A DNA stretch of 64,000 nucleotides from assembly GCA_964187785.1 (NCBI GenBank), contig CAXLNC010001480.1, forward strand, positions 1-64,000. The letters run 5' to 3'. The position numbers and the translations under genes were made by a program. Of this stretch, positions 1 through 11,652 are shown one piece after another. Origin of the DNA: Amphiscolops sp. MND2022 (lineage: Eukaryota). Below the pieces are notes generated by a model. The model had not been told where the DNA came from, did no database searches, and saw only the letters and a program-made list of their open reading frames with translations. Each line of letters starts with the position of its first letter. Position 1 is the first letter of the stretch.

Positions 1-1318
1 AATGAACGACGTATCTCAAAAGTTCACAAACATAGAGATCATAATCATTCCTGATACGGCTTCTTTTGAACAGCTCATTGGACGGATATCTTCGGTTTTT
101 GAAAACGATAAATCGAAGTACTTTCATTTGCCGCAGAAGTATGTCCTTCAATTTATTTTTCTTCGTGCAACCGTATACTAAAAGATCTTATTTTACCGTC
201 AAATCAAAAGTTCGAGCAGAATTTCTAGTTTTTTTGATACATTTGTTACTGGTGTTGGTAGTATAGCAACCACTAATTTGGATAGTAAGTCTAGACGGAT
301 TGCTCAAATTTCGGGTCAGTAGTGTATTAGTCAGCACGTCAGGTCGCGACTTGGAAGAATTGGTTCGAGTCATTTCAGCTCTGAATCTTTGCTATAGTGT
401 CCGGAAAATTCAGTGGATTGCCATAGTAGTTACGTTAAAAAAAGCGAAACACTGTCTTGAAATGGGTAAACAAAATCATCAAGTAACATGTCCATTTATG
501 ATACTCCATGTGTTTGAACGAATGTTTCAACGAATACCTCTGAAGAGTGTCATTTCAATGACGTCAATGACTTTTCAAACGTTTTCGATCTGAAACATCG
601 TCATCGTTTTGGTACTTTTATTATTGTACTTTCCAACTACTTTCTGCTTATATGTCTAAAAATGATCCAACTTGCGGCAGATTTTAATCAATGAAATCAT
701 TCAAATCTAGTATTTTGATCAGGAGTTGTAAACGATAATTGCCGTTCTTTTTTGGCAGAGTCTTGCTTTTTACAAGGAAAGTAGTGAGAGTGTTGCAGTC
801 TTAGAATCTCAATCAGTGTGTGGTTAAGTAACTGCTACGGCAAAACACTCAACTATCTAGACATGAAAGCGAAATGAAGATGAAAGCACTGGAACATATT
901 CTATTTTGGAGATCTGTGAAGTCGCCGTGAAGACATCGTGATTTGAAAAAAATATTGGCGGAATGATAGATTTAAAAGAAATGATCCTTGGTTACATAGT
1001 GACAGGTATTTAGTCAATTTAGCAGGTATATTATCTGTTCAAATGAAGTTTGAGATTATGATGACGTAATGATCTTAGGCGACCTCTAACAACCCCGCTC
1101 GATGAAGGCTATTGTGGGTGTAATTACTGCCAGAGATTGCAGGCACAGTCGGTAGTTGCATTCAGTAGTGGGCAGCCGGAAGACTGCTTCGACATTGGAG
1201 GCATTTGTCGTGCTAGGGCAGTAGTACAGGGGCCGTCGCAGCTAAAGGTGAAGAGCGTTAAGTAGATCACACATGAAAACAAGACGAGAACGTCCAAAGT
1301 CGGCGCCATATCTAAGGT

Positions 1319-1545
1319 TCAAAAAGCGCAAAAAAATTTTTTTGGAAAAAAACATGAATTTTTGAAAAAAAATTTCTTTCAAAAAAAGTCGCATAGTGCC
1401 GAAAAAAATCCAAAGGGGGGACCCTTTGGGCACGTTCGGTTGTGTATGTTTCCTTGAAAAAGTAAAAACTGAAAGGGGGACCCTTTGGAGTAAAGTTTGC
1501 CTTCTGCGCAGAATTGCAGAATTGTAAGAAAAGTGGACCACTCAG
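1319..1545 (-). repeat. Copy of a dispersed repeat family, inserted in the copia 3' region
   Basis: Core TTTTTCGGCACTATG(C/A)GACT (1387-1401) recurs at 33381-33400 and 60171-60190; AAGGGGGACCCTTTGG occurs twice. Confidence 0.55.
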
Positions 1546-1745
1546 AGTGAGATTGTCAACTGAAAAAAACAAAAAAAAAACTACTCACTGTAAGAGTCGG
1601 GCTTTTTTCCTTAAGGGAAAAGGCGCCGACTAAAAAGACATCAAGAGATGAAGCATCAGTGGCCGAATGAAAATAATAGAGGTAAAAGACATGAAGTAAA
1701 CAAAGGTAATGGTAAAAAGGTGGATGGATAAGGTTGGCAGAAGAG

Positions 1746-2400
1746 TTAGCTTTTGAGTTGCAAGGAGGCAGGCTTGGGCAGGTTCTTTGTGAAGATGTCG
1801 GCCAACTTGTCAGCTGTTGGGGTGTGTTCCCGTTGCAACTTCTTTGTTTCAATGAGGTCCCGGATAAGCTGATGCCTCTTCTCGATGTACTGGACCCGCT
1901 TGTGAGGGACTGGAGTGTTGGTCATGGCGATTGCTTCTTGATTGTCACTGTAGACAAGAGCACGCTTCGTGACCATCGGTGAACAAGAGATAAAACCAGC
2001 AGCCCCTGCATAATATGGCTTCCTGTGCAGCTAAAGCTAAAGCTACATACTCGGCCCCACAAGAACTCATTGCAACACAAGCTCGTTTCTTAGATGCCCA
2101 AGACACTACACTACCATCCGTGTTCACCTTGAAGCAAAAAGCAGAAGTTGACTCCCTATCATCATCATCATCGGTCGCCCAGTCCGAGTCAGAGTACCAG
2201 AAAAGCTCGATCGCTGCATTTCTGGTAAATACTAAAGTAAGATTGGTAGATCCCTTTGAGGAGCCAAGTAAATGCTGAAGTGTCACCCAGTGTTCTTTGC
2301 CCGGATTAGAGACAAACTGTGCTAACGTATTCACTGCAAAACAAATAACATGCCAACCAACAATCGAAAGATACATCAAGTTACCGACTAGGCAGCGACA
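1746..2400 (-). pseudogene. pol: copia RT C-terminus and RNase H remnant
   Basis: LVGNLMYL, YSDSDWA, SWASKK..VAMSSCGAEYVAL, SDNQEAI, LADIFTKNL in ORFs 1945-2517 and 1746-1976; frameshifted. Confidence 0.92.
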
Positions 2401-2699
2401 AGGATTGTTCAACCTTCCCATCATAGGTGCCTCAGTTGACCCATCCTCAGGACAATGTATTTTTGATTGCTTTGGGCCTGGTATTGCGGGCGGGTGTTGA
2501 CGTCGGCTTGCACTCACTCATGTTCCCTTCCGCAAAGATATCCAAGTTGTACGACTAAATTCTATGCGTGCTGCAGATTGTTGGAGACAGGAGTTTTGTG
2601 GGACTTGGAAATTTAACAAATTTCACACACAAATGATTTTTCAAAACTTGAAACCTTGAAATTCATCCCTAAAACGCAAGATGAAGTTCGCTGAACATC

Positions 2700-3100
2700 A
2701 CCCATGTTGTTGTGGCCAAGTCGTTGATGCCAAAAAAGACTCTTCGTCTTCTCCCCCTAAGTACCACAAAACTCAGGAAATTTAGATTTCAAAAGATATA
2801 GGTTTCCGCTTTTGATATTCGGAAAAGTTGTTCCAAATTCAACGTTCACCCTCGTTTGGCTTAGTTTGCTCACGTTGATCAAGTTTTGACCATGATCAGG
2901 AAGAAACAGACAATTGTAAAATTTCACAAATTGTTCTTTTCCCGAATCCAAAAAAAGACGAACATTGCTAATCGCTTGACTTTGGTAAACTATCATTTGC
3001 ATTTTTGGCCCAGCGTTCTACGTTGTCAGGGAAACAGTGAAATGAGGTCAATCACCGAACATACATGATGAAGCGCTAGAATCTACAACAAAAGTTCCAC
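2700..3100 (-). pseudogene. copia protease and GAG-pre-integrase remnant
   Basis: Hand translation gives FVVDSSASSCMF (DSGAS motif), LPDHGQNLINVSKL and FWHQRLGHNN; frameshifted. Confidence 0.75.
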
Positions 3101-3203
3101 TTTGAACCCTGTTTTCAAAGCAAGAAAACAAAAAATCTCCAGACAAATTAAAAGACCCCACAGTTGAGATGGTCTCTTTTTTGCTTCAGATGAGGAAATT
3201 TTC

Positions 3204-3533
3204 TTAAACAATGATTTTCATCATGACCAAAAAGTTTGCAACATTGTACTCTGTAACTTTGCAATCGGCTTGTTTGTGTCCTGTTTTGCTACAATGCCTT
3301 AACTTTCCCAAAAACTTTTCGCCTGAAAACTTTTCACCAAATGACTTGCTTTTGCCACGTTTGGGAAACATTGCGACTTTTTCAGATGCAATGCATGTCG
3401 ATGCCGCAGATCTTTTTCTTGAGTTTTTTACATTTTTCTCCGCTTTTTTTTTTACTTCTGCGAACATCGCCTTATCCTTCGAAAAGTCCTGCTCAGTTTT
3501 GAAATAGTCGTACTCTTTCGCCAAACTGACCAA
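3204..3533 (-). pseudogene. gag: copia gag remnant with degenerate zinc knuckle
   Basis: HCSKTGHKQADC (CCHC lacking its first Cys), just downstream of the 5' LTR. Confidence 0.65.
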
Positions 3534-4200
3534 GTGAGAAATGGTAGGGACAAAAATTGGAAAAATTGTTTGGATTTTGCAATTTCACCGAGTGCTTGGA
3601 CCATAAAATAAAATGTGATCTGTGAAGTCGTCGTGAAGACATCGCGAGTTGAAGAATTTTTGACGGGATGAAAGATTTAAATGAAATGTCTCTTGTCCCA
3701 CATAGTGACAGGTATTCAGTAAATTTAGCGAGTACATATTCAGTTCAAATGAATTTTGAGTTTATGATGACGAAATGGTCTTCAGCGACCTCTAACATAT
3801 TCTTCCAAGTCGTGACCTGACGTGCTGACCATAATCTTACAGCTCCGATATTTGAGCAATCCGTCTAGACTTAACCAAGTTAGGTGTTGCTATAGAACGC
3901 ATCGCTGATCATCGTGCGAACGACAGACCATTTTACAGTGATACTATTTCTCAAACTGCCGTGATTCTTCATCGGTGGCTACAGGGTTGCCCAAGGAGAC
4001 TTGATTCAAGCGCATAGATGCGAGGGCATCGACAATCATTACATCCCATACCAAGGAGTTATGGCTACACCGAAGTTCCGCTTGCAGTTGGTTCGGTGCA
4101 GTCCACAGATTCCCAGCATGAAAGGCAAGCCGAAAGATTCTAACGTCTGTGAGGTTAAGTTTTACCTATCAGTTTCCATGCAGCGCGCTGGAACAGGGAC

Positions 4201-6850
4201 CAGGATAAGTATTTGAAAGAAAGGTGTCTGAAACCGTGATTGGTCAGAACAGCGTCATCCATGAGTGCCCAGATTGGTTTAGGTATTCTTCTTTCAGATA
4301 TGTAATCTCTTTCTTAGTTTTTATTTTCGGAGACGGCTTTTTGAGAATGCTGACGAACGACTAAATTAGAGTTCTCTTTAAAGATTGAATCAAAGTTTTA
4401 TGGTTAAGGCAGATTTAGCTAATTAAGATATAGAACTTCCCTATAAAATTTCAAACTTCCCTCGGCTCCTTTTTATACTCTTTATCAGTGTCAATACTGC
4501 GGAGTACCGCCGTTATTGTAGACAATTATTTTTCACATTCCGTTGGAGCCCCGACAGTTTGTTGTTTATTCAGATATCTCTTTGTTGAACATTGACACAA
4601 TGTTATACTAAAGTTGTTGACCCCGGACAACACATGTGTTAATATATCAGCTAACATTACTCTCTCTTTCATCGTAAAATCAGTGTGAAGTTTTGACGTT
4701 TGATTCTTTTTAATTTTTCCGGACTTCATTGTTAGGGAGTTCTGTGTTTTTGCCTTCCCTGAGAGAAGTTGATAGCACAGAACAATAAACAACAAATTCA
4801 GTCACTTCAATTGTTGGCATAGAAGAAAATCTGCTACCTATTCCTTCGCCATTATAATTTGCTCGAGCTTCTAGACATCCAAGAATTCTGTGTGCTTGTT
4901 GAGGAGTTGTAATCATCTACACGCTTCGCCTTAATTGAGGTAACATAGCACACTCAAGTTTCAAATACGGGCAGTTATCAGCTCCGCAAATGCTTCTGGG
5001 AACCAACCAAATTCGATAGAATTGTGCCCCATTGCATGGCAGCCAGCAATTTAATTGTTACGTAGCTGGTACCGCTGCCCTCCTGCTTCGGGCTCATCGA
5101 AGGAGGCTTGCTCGTAGTCATCCTGTGAGCAGTCGATCTGACGCAACATCTCTCCGTTTCGACGCTGCATATCTTCAACTGACTTTCTGTGTCGCTCTGC
5201 ACACTCTTGCAACAGACTCAATTAGGATTGAAGGACTTTAAATATCTCGTTCCAGTCTCCATGTTGCTTCAGGAGAAACTTCAACTGAGAGAGAAAGTTG
5301 TCTTTCGCCGACAGGTGCAGCACAACATTCTCTTGAAGACTCTTCTGTTTTCCTTCAACTGCCCAGAAGCATTGGTCAACTTTACTTTCAAAAGCGCACC
5401 TGTCATTTCCACTTTTCTCCTCGTCTTTGATTTGCAACCCACAACTATGAATTTGCCAACGCCAATGCAACAATTGAGAGTTAACTTTTCGGTTACAACA
5501 AATACGTCCCAAATCGCCAACAGCTGGCCTGGAATCTGAAACAAAGTTTACTGACTACTCCTTCAGGCGTCATTGTAGAATTTTCAAATGGAATGTGGTT
5601 TCTTTGTGGAACCCACGTTTTTTTCAGAACAACTCACGTTTGTAAAAGTTACTCTTTGACGTGACCACAATTGCATTTCCGTACGAAACTCGTTTCATGG
5701 TTGTATTCAGGGTAAGTATTTGAAAGAAAGGTGTCTGAAACCGTGATTGGTCAGAACAGCGTCATCTATGAGTGACCAGATTGGTTTAGGTATTATTCTT
5801 TCAGATATGTAATCTCTTTCTTAGTTTTTGGTTTCGGAGACGGCTTTTTGAGAATGCTGACGAACGACTAAATTAGAGTTCTCTCTAAAGATTAAATCAA
5901 AGTTTTCTGGTTAAGGCAGATTTAGCTAATTAAGATATAGAACTTCCCTATAAAATTTCAAACTTCCCTCGGCTCCTTTTTATATTCTTTATCAGTGTCA
6001 ATACTGCGGAGTACCGCCGTTATCGTAGACAATTGTTTTTCACATTCCGTTGGAGCCCCGAGAGTTTGTTGTTTATTCAGATATCTCACTGTTGAACGTT
6101 GACACAATGTTATACTAAAGTTGTTGACCCCGGACAACCCATGTGTTAATATATCAGATAAAATTACTCTCTCTTTCATCGTAAAGCAGTGTGAACTTTT
6201 GACGTTTGATTCTTTTTTATTTTTCCGGACTTCATTGTTAGGGAGTTCTGTGTTTTTGCCTTCCCTGAGAAAGGTTGATAGCACAGAACAATAAACAGCA
6301 AATTCAGTCACTTCAATTGTTGGCATAGAAGAAAATCTGCTACCTATTTCTTCGCCATAATAGGTTGCTCGAGCTTCTAGACAACCAAGAATTCTGTGTG
6401 CTTGTTGAGGACTTGTTATCATCTACACGCTTCGCCTTAATTGAGGTAACTTAGCACACTCAAGTTTCAAATACGGGCAGTTATCAGCTCCGCAAATGCT
6501 TCTGGGAACCAACCAAATTCGATCAATCAAAAGCGCACCTGTCATTTCCACTTTTCTCCTCGTCTTCGATTTGCAACCCACAACTATGAATTTGCCAACG
6601 CCAATGCAACAATTGAGAGTTAACTTTTCGGTTACAACAAATACCTCCCAAATCGCCAACGGCTGGCCTGGCATCTGAAAGAAAATTTACTGACTACTCC
6701 TTCAGGCGTCATTGTAGAATTTCCAAATGTAATGTGGTTTCTTTGTGGAACCCACGTTTTTTCAGAACAACTCACGTTTGTAAAAGTTACTCTTTGACGT
6801 GACCACAATTGCATTTCCGTACGGAACTCGTTCCATGGTTGTATTTCCAG
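4201..6850. repeat. Tandem duplication (4201-5707 and 5708-6850; copy 2 lacks ~370 bp) of a decayed minus-strand ORF of unknown origin
   Basis: Both units begin with CAGG.TAAGTATTTGAAAGAAAGG; paralogous ORFs MITTPQQAHRILGCLEARA / MITSPQQAHRILGCLEARA. Confidence 0.9.
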
Positions 6851-8767
6851 GTTAACACACATGTACGTCTCCCCTCTCTTTTTATATAATTATACAAATA
6901 AACGATTTCTTTTTATACCGTGCAGCTTAATTCGCTCCACTTGTTTCTCCAAGATAGTTCTTCTTATGCTCTTTCAACTCTGAAGACGCCATATAGACAT
7001 CTATTTGGTTCGCACTTCAAAATCAAAAATGCACTGTAAATTTGAAGTGTTTTTCACATCCACAGCATCAGGATGTGTCATTGTGACCAAGTTCTTGTAA
7101 ATTCTTCAAATTGTTTCTTCATCTCTTCTTACCGTCTTGGACATAAAACGTTTTTCGTAGATGGTGAACGGTCGTTAGTGTAAGTTCGTTTGTTTCAAGC
7201 CTTGGATCAGCTTTTCTGTCGTTTTTGTTTTTATTGTTTCACTCTAATCAAAGGGCGATTGTCTTTTCAAATTCTCATTTACTGGTCTAATTTTATCCCG
7301 TTCCAATTTTACGTCAAGTTCAAGCTGTTGAATTTTTTTTGAAAGCTGTTAAAAGCAATTTTTCAACCTTGTGATATGCAGATTTATTTTAAATAGTCCT
7401 GGTGCTACTTCTGATTTAATTTGGTCTAATTCAGGCAGGTAGTAAACGTACTCTTTCACTCGATTGCCTTTCCTTTCAAACGAAATTTTATGATTTTATG
7501 TTGTGCAAAAGTCTGGAGAGTTAGAGTCTTAACATGCTGCAGTTTCCAATTGTTCTATAACGCAGTCTTTTTTTCAACGTTCTGAACCTAGCAGTAGTTT
7601 TACCTCCATCAAAAATGGTTGAATTCATAAAAAGGATTGTGCGGCTAAATAGCGACCTGTGTGGTAGTACTTAAACTTGTTGTTTTTTCAACGAAAAAAA
7701 TATTAATAACAAAACAAAAGACAGTACCGAAAGACAGTACAGTAGTGTGAGCACCGTATTTGGTATTTCTCTGTTCATCCATTAGCACCGTAGTGTCTCT
7801 GTTTTAACTGTTTGGAAACACTTTACGACGCCTCAGTTGAAACCCAGCTCGACGTGAGGAAAATTGAAGTAAAAATGAAATAAAAAAAAACTTCGTGAAC
7901 ATAGTTCCCTTCAGTGCCACCTAGTACTTCGCGACCTTTACTGTTGTTCGTCTGAGTTTCATGGCTTGCGATTGATTGCCTAGCATTAAATTGTCTAACG
8001 CAAACATCCATGTGGTCTAATTCCTTGCGTTGAAGCTTTTGCGTAGCTAGTCGGCACCACTCTGGCAAGTTCCCACGAGTTATCGAAGATCCGTTGGTAA
8101 CTTTCACAAGATTTAAATAGACCGGGCTAGAGTCTGCTACAGTTTAATTACTGTAGGAAGACTCTTGAAGTAGAGTTCAGGTATTCAAGTCCAAATTTCA
8201 CTAGTACTTCTTCGGTACAGAACGTTATGGTTACACATGTCACTTCCATTGTTGCGCACATATTTGACTATTGAACTTCTGCCGTTAATTTCTTCTTCAT
8301 CTTTCTTCACAGACCCTAGCTGTCTCTTTTGGAATTTAGTTTTCTTCTAAACTTCGTTCGCATTCTGACTGTTTGACGCTGTTGAACTCAATTTGGTCCC
8401 AAATTTTTGCTGTTTCGCTTACAGGAAATCTAATTTGCTTCTATGAAACTTTTAGTTGTTGGTTTCTCCACTACCTTTATTTGGGAACTCCATAACTTTG
8501 AATAAAACAAAACTGTCGAGACGACGTGGGATAAATAATCGGGTAAGATATCGAAGTAGCAGAGTTGCATAGCTCGCAAGCAAACTCTCTTTGCCTTTTT
8601 GAGCTGACAAAACCCGTCAACAGGTTTTGTTTTTTGGCCATTTAGTATGTGAACCTCATCGGATGCATTAGATTTAGAACCATAATTAGCCATTGCAAGA
8701 TAACGTCTCGTTAAACATATAGTCCATAGAGTCTTGTTTGAAATCATTTGTTAATTTGTTCCCTGCC

Positions 8768-10827
8768 TGTTGGTACTAACGTTCACTAAGTTGCCGATGG
8801 ATTCGGAGTTCCCTATTGATTCAGGCTCGATATCATGTCGTAGAACTGAACCTGAAGGTTCAGTGGCGGAATTTGAAAGACCATCTACTTTCGCGGCTAG
8901 ATTTTCGATTAATTTCAAAATTTCTCTTTGTCCAAATTCTGCGTCTCTTAGTCTTTTGGACAGTCGATTTTCAATCTTGTTTGAAATATCTGAGAAGTCT
9001 TGTTCAGTCAAGCAAGTATTTTCATCAGAAGCCTGGCTTGCAGACTCGACATTTTCCAAACTACTACTTGGGTCACTCCTAAGTTTCCTTTTCTGAGATT
9101 TCTCGGGCATCGTCGAAAAGTTTAGTTGATCAAACAGGTTAATTCGACTGGTTTAACTGGTGGTTGAACTAATCAAGAGTTTCTAGAACAAGCTTGTTCC
9201 AATGCAAAGATACAGTCTCAAATCCAAAGAAAACGTTCGCAAGCAAATAAAAGAGTACAATCAATAATTGAAAACTCAAAATTCAAAATTTTGGGAATTA
9301 CAAATCAAGGTTGAGCTTTCGCGGAATCAAAATAACTCTGTCCTTTTCCTTTTCCCACTTCAGGTATTTATACTTTGCGCTAGACACGCGGGATAAATCC
9401 CGCGCGTGAATTCACACTTCGTTCAGCTCGGCGTCCTTCCGAGGCAAGAAAATCCAAGTTAGGTACGCTTCCTCGGGACTCGGCTTTCGGCTTCATCTCA
9501 CTTCAAAGGAAAAGTGGGAATCAACTTCCTGCCGAAGTCCCAATTCCGCGTACCTTTCTTCTTCATTTCCCGCCAATTCAAGACGCCGAACCGAAGTTAG
9601 CACTGAAATTCATGAACCTAGCTACTGAAGCGGGAAAAGGAAATGAAGTTTACATCGAAGAAAATGAAACTCTAAATAAAATAAAACTGCTCTAAATTAG
9701 GAAAAATGGGAATTCGGGCATTATTATTCTCATCAACTGAACACAAAATGATCAATTTGGGCGGATTAATTCGTTGGTTAAAGTTCTGGTCGAATGCCAG
9801 GGCGGAGTGTTGAACTGAAATTTTCCGGAACACTTGACCGGATATTGAACATCATTAATCAACACAGTGGGGGGGGTTTAACGCAACTTTAATGGCTTTA
9901 GTGAGTATTATATGCCATTCAATCAATAAACGTTCATAACAAATTAATAATCAGCACTTGTCACAATGTAGTTAATCTTTCATTCGTTCTCAACTAAGCA
10001 GTTGCCCCGGCGGTCGACCCGGGGTGGGGCTCTACCAACACAGTAATATTTGAATAAAAATACTACAAAACGAACGAAATATTGCTCTGGTGGGGGAATC
10101 AGGACAAATTAACAATATTATCCAAGTTACACTAATAATTAATGCACAGTAATATCAACTATATTTGATCGGTTGTCCCGGTGGTTGTCCCATTTGGAAA
10201 GTAGAGTTGGGTGACCAGGCGGTTGACCTAAATAATAAAACAAATACTTTCATCATTTAGACCCTTCATTATTTCCATCGGTTATTTATTTGTGGTTTGA
10301 GCTTCTTTTAAGCTCTGTGTTTACGATAGAATAGCACAACATGTTATACAGTAATACTATTGCTTCAGTTGTTTCAAGCGTGCGACCAGGCGTGCGACCC
10401 AGCACTCGGTCGACTGGTGAGCTGCCTGGTATTGCTGTTCAGCTAGCGCGGTGAATTTGCGCTAATCGCTGATTGGTCCGATGAAATTGGAATGAAATTT
10501 AATCTGCTTTAGCTCCATTGTTATTGTAGCGGTAAATTGATCAGCGTGTTGGCTGAGTTAATTTCGGTCAATATGCTGGTCGCTTTACTGTAAACAAATC
10601 ACACTAATAGCACTTTAATATTATTTAAGTATTTACATATTTATGTATTTTAGGTACTGCGCTGGGTTAATAATGTTTGTTGGATAGTTTAGATGGGTTG
10701 TTTGTTAATTGTTTCTTTCAGGGTGAATGATGTTCTTATTCGGTCCCTTTCTGGTTGATTTCTCTATTTCCTTCCTCTGGCGTTCTCCTTGTATTCGTTA
10801 TTTCGCTGCTCCTAGAGGGCTGCGACA
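8768..10827 (-). repeat. 3' LTR (2060 bp)
   Basis: Differs from 22385-24443 by about 6 substitutions and one 1-bp indel in my manual comparison. Confidence 0.97.
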
Positions 10828-11371
10828 GTCCCCTGCTTTGGTGAGGGACGTCCACTATGGGAGGTAATGGAGAAATTGGCCTGAAAGGCGACGATATTGG
10901 CGGAAGAAATACCGATTGTACCATTGAATCGTTAGATAGCCAGGACGAATCGGTTGACCAGTCACTTCCTGAGAAGTAACCTATCGAACTAGAGTTACTG
11001 GAGATGGGGCTGATTGTCCCATCGTGCGGATCGTATAGCCAATTGTCCATGTTCTCGTAGTTTCTAGGGGGGCTCGTGAATTCGTCATCCGGGATGATCG
11101 GGTTGGAGTTGACAAATTTCCTGTATGGTAATGTGTCCGATTGGGCCGTTGCTAATATAGATATTGGTGCCGACTCATGATAAAGGACAATATGTTCCGT
11201 CCCAGTGTTAATAATCTCGTAAATATCCTCAATTATTGGTGTTTGAGTATTTTCGCAATTATCACCATGCACCTTAGGTGTTGATTGTGCACAGGGGTTT
11301 ACTGGGGCAGCGTCTTGGTCGCGGTCCAAAATGAAATAATCGGTTGAGGAATTGAGTGTCGATGAATTCAT
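10736..11371 (-). CDS. Sense accessory ORF, 211 aa, S/P/D/T-rich, unknown function; crosses the PPT into the 3' LTR
   Basis: Open 636-bp frame inside a young element; no recognisable domain. Confidence 0.5.
   Translation of the reverse strand: MNSSTLNSSTDYFILDRDQDAAPVNPCAQSTPKVHGDNCENTQTPIIEDIYEIINTGTEHIVLYHESAPISILATAQSDTLPYRKFVNSNPIIPDDEFTSPPRNYENMDNWLYDPHDGTISPISSNSSSIGYFSGSDWSTDSSWLSNDSMVQSVFLPPISSPFRPISPLPPIVDVPHQSRGLSQPSRSSEITNTRRTPEEGNREINQKGTE
10828..10839 (-). promoter_or_regulatory. Polypurine tract AAAGCAGGGGAC
   Basis: Purine-rich run abutting the TGTCGC start of the 3' LTR. Confidence 0.7.
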
Positions 11372-11652
11372 TTGATCCGATGAGTAAATAAATTGTATGC
11401 AATAAATAGTAATACTTGTAAGTAATGCTGAGCGGCTGTTCTGCGGAATGGTCGAGTAATTGAATGATAATTCCGTTCTTTTCTTTTGTTCACGCCGCTT
11501 GCATGAATGGGAAAGTTTTCAGCTGGCAGACTGAATGACTTCCATTACGTCATACTAATAATATTGTATAGTAGTAATCTCGTTGGTTTTACGCCACGTC
11601 TTCGTATTGGTATTATTGTGTTGACATTTTTAGATTGATTTGCTTGCAAACG

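Larger units (their letters stand above)
902..3797 (-). mobile_element. Internally deleted Ty1/copia LTR retrotransposon
   Basis: ~190-bp diverged LTRs at 902-1091 and 3609-3797 (start TGTTAGAGGTCGC on minus); TSD TATTC at 897-901 and 3798-3802; PPT-like GAGCGGGGT before the 3' LTR; copia domain order gag-PR-preIN-RT/RH with most of IN and RT missing. Confidence 0.9.
264..3892. mobile_element. TIR-bounded non-autonomous DNA element (about 0.73 kb MITE-like once the copia insertion is removed)
   Basis: ~95-bp imperfect inverted repeats at 264-360 and 3799-3892 (TAGCAAC...AAGTCTAGACGGATTGCTCAAAT...GTCAGCACGTCAGGTC.CGACTTGGAAGAAT); TA on both outer sides (262-263, 3893-3894). Confidence 0.6.

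Noticed and set aside
7800-8767. BEL/Pao remnant continuing at 24449-25300 (VANRIQE, SEKAVVY-like fragments)
   Set aside because: Only short, frame-broken motif hints; too weak to annotate without a search.
8751-9110. 119-aa ORF identical to the Gag N-terminus as a separate gene
   Set aside because: It is the 3' LTR copy of the LTR-encoded gag segment and stops 5 codons into flanking DNA.
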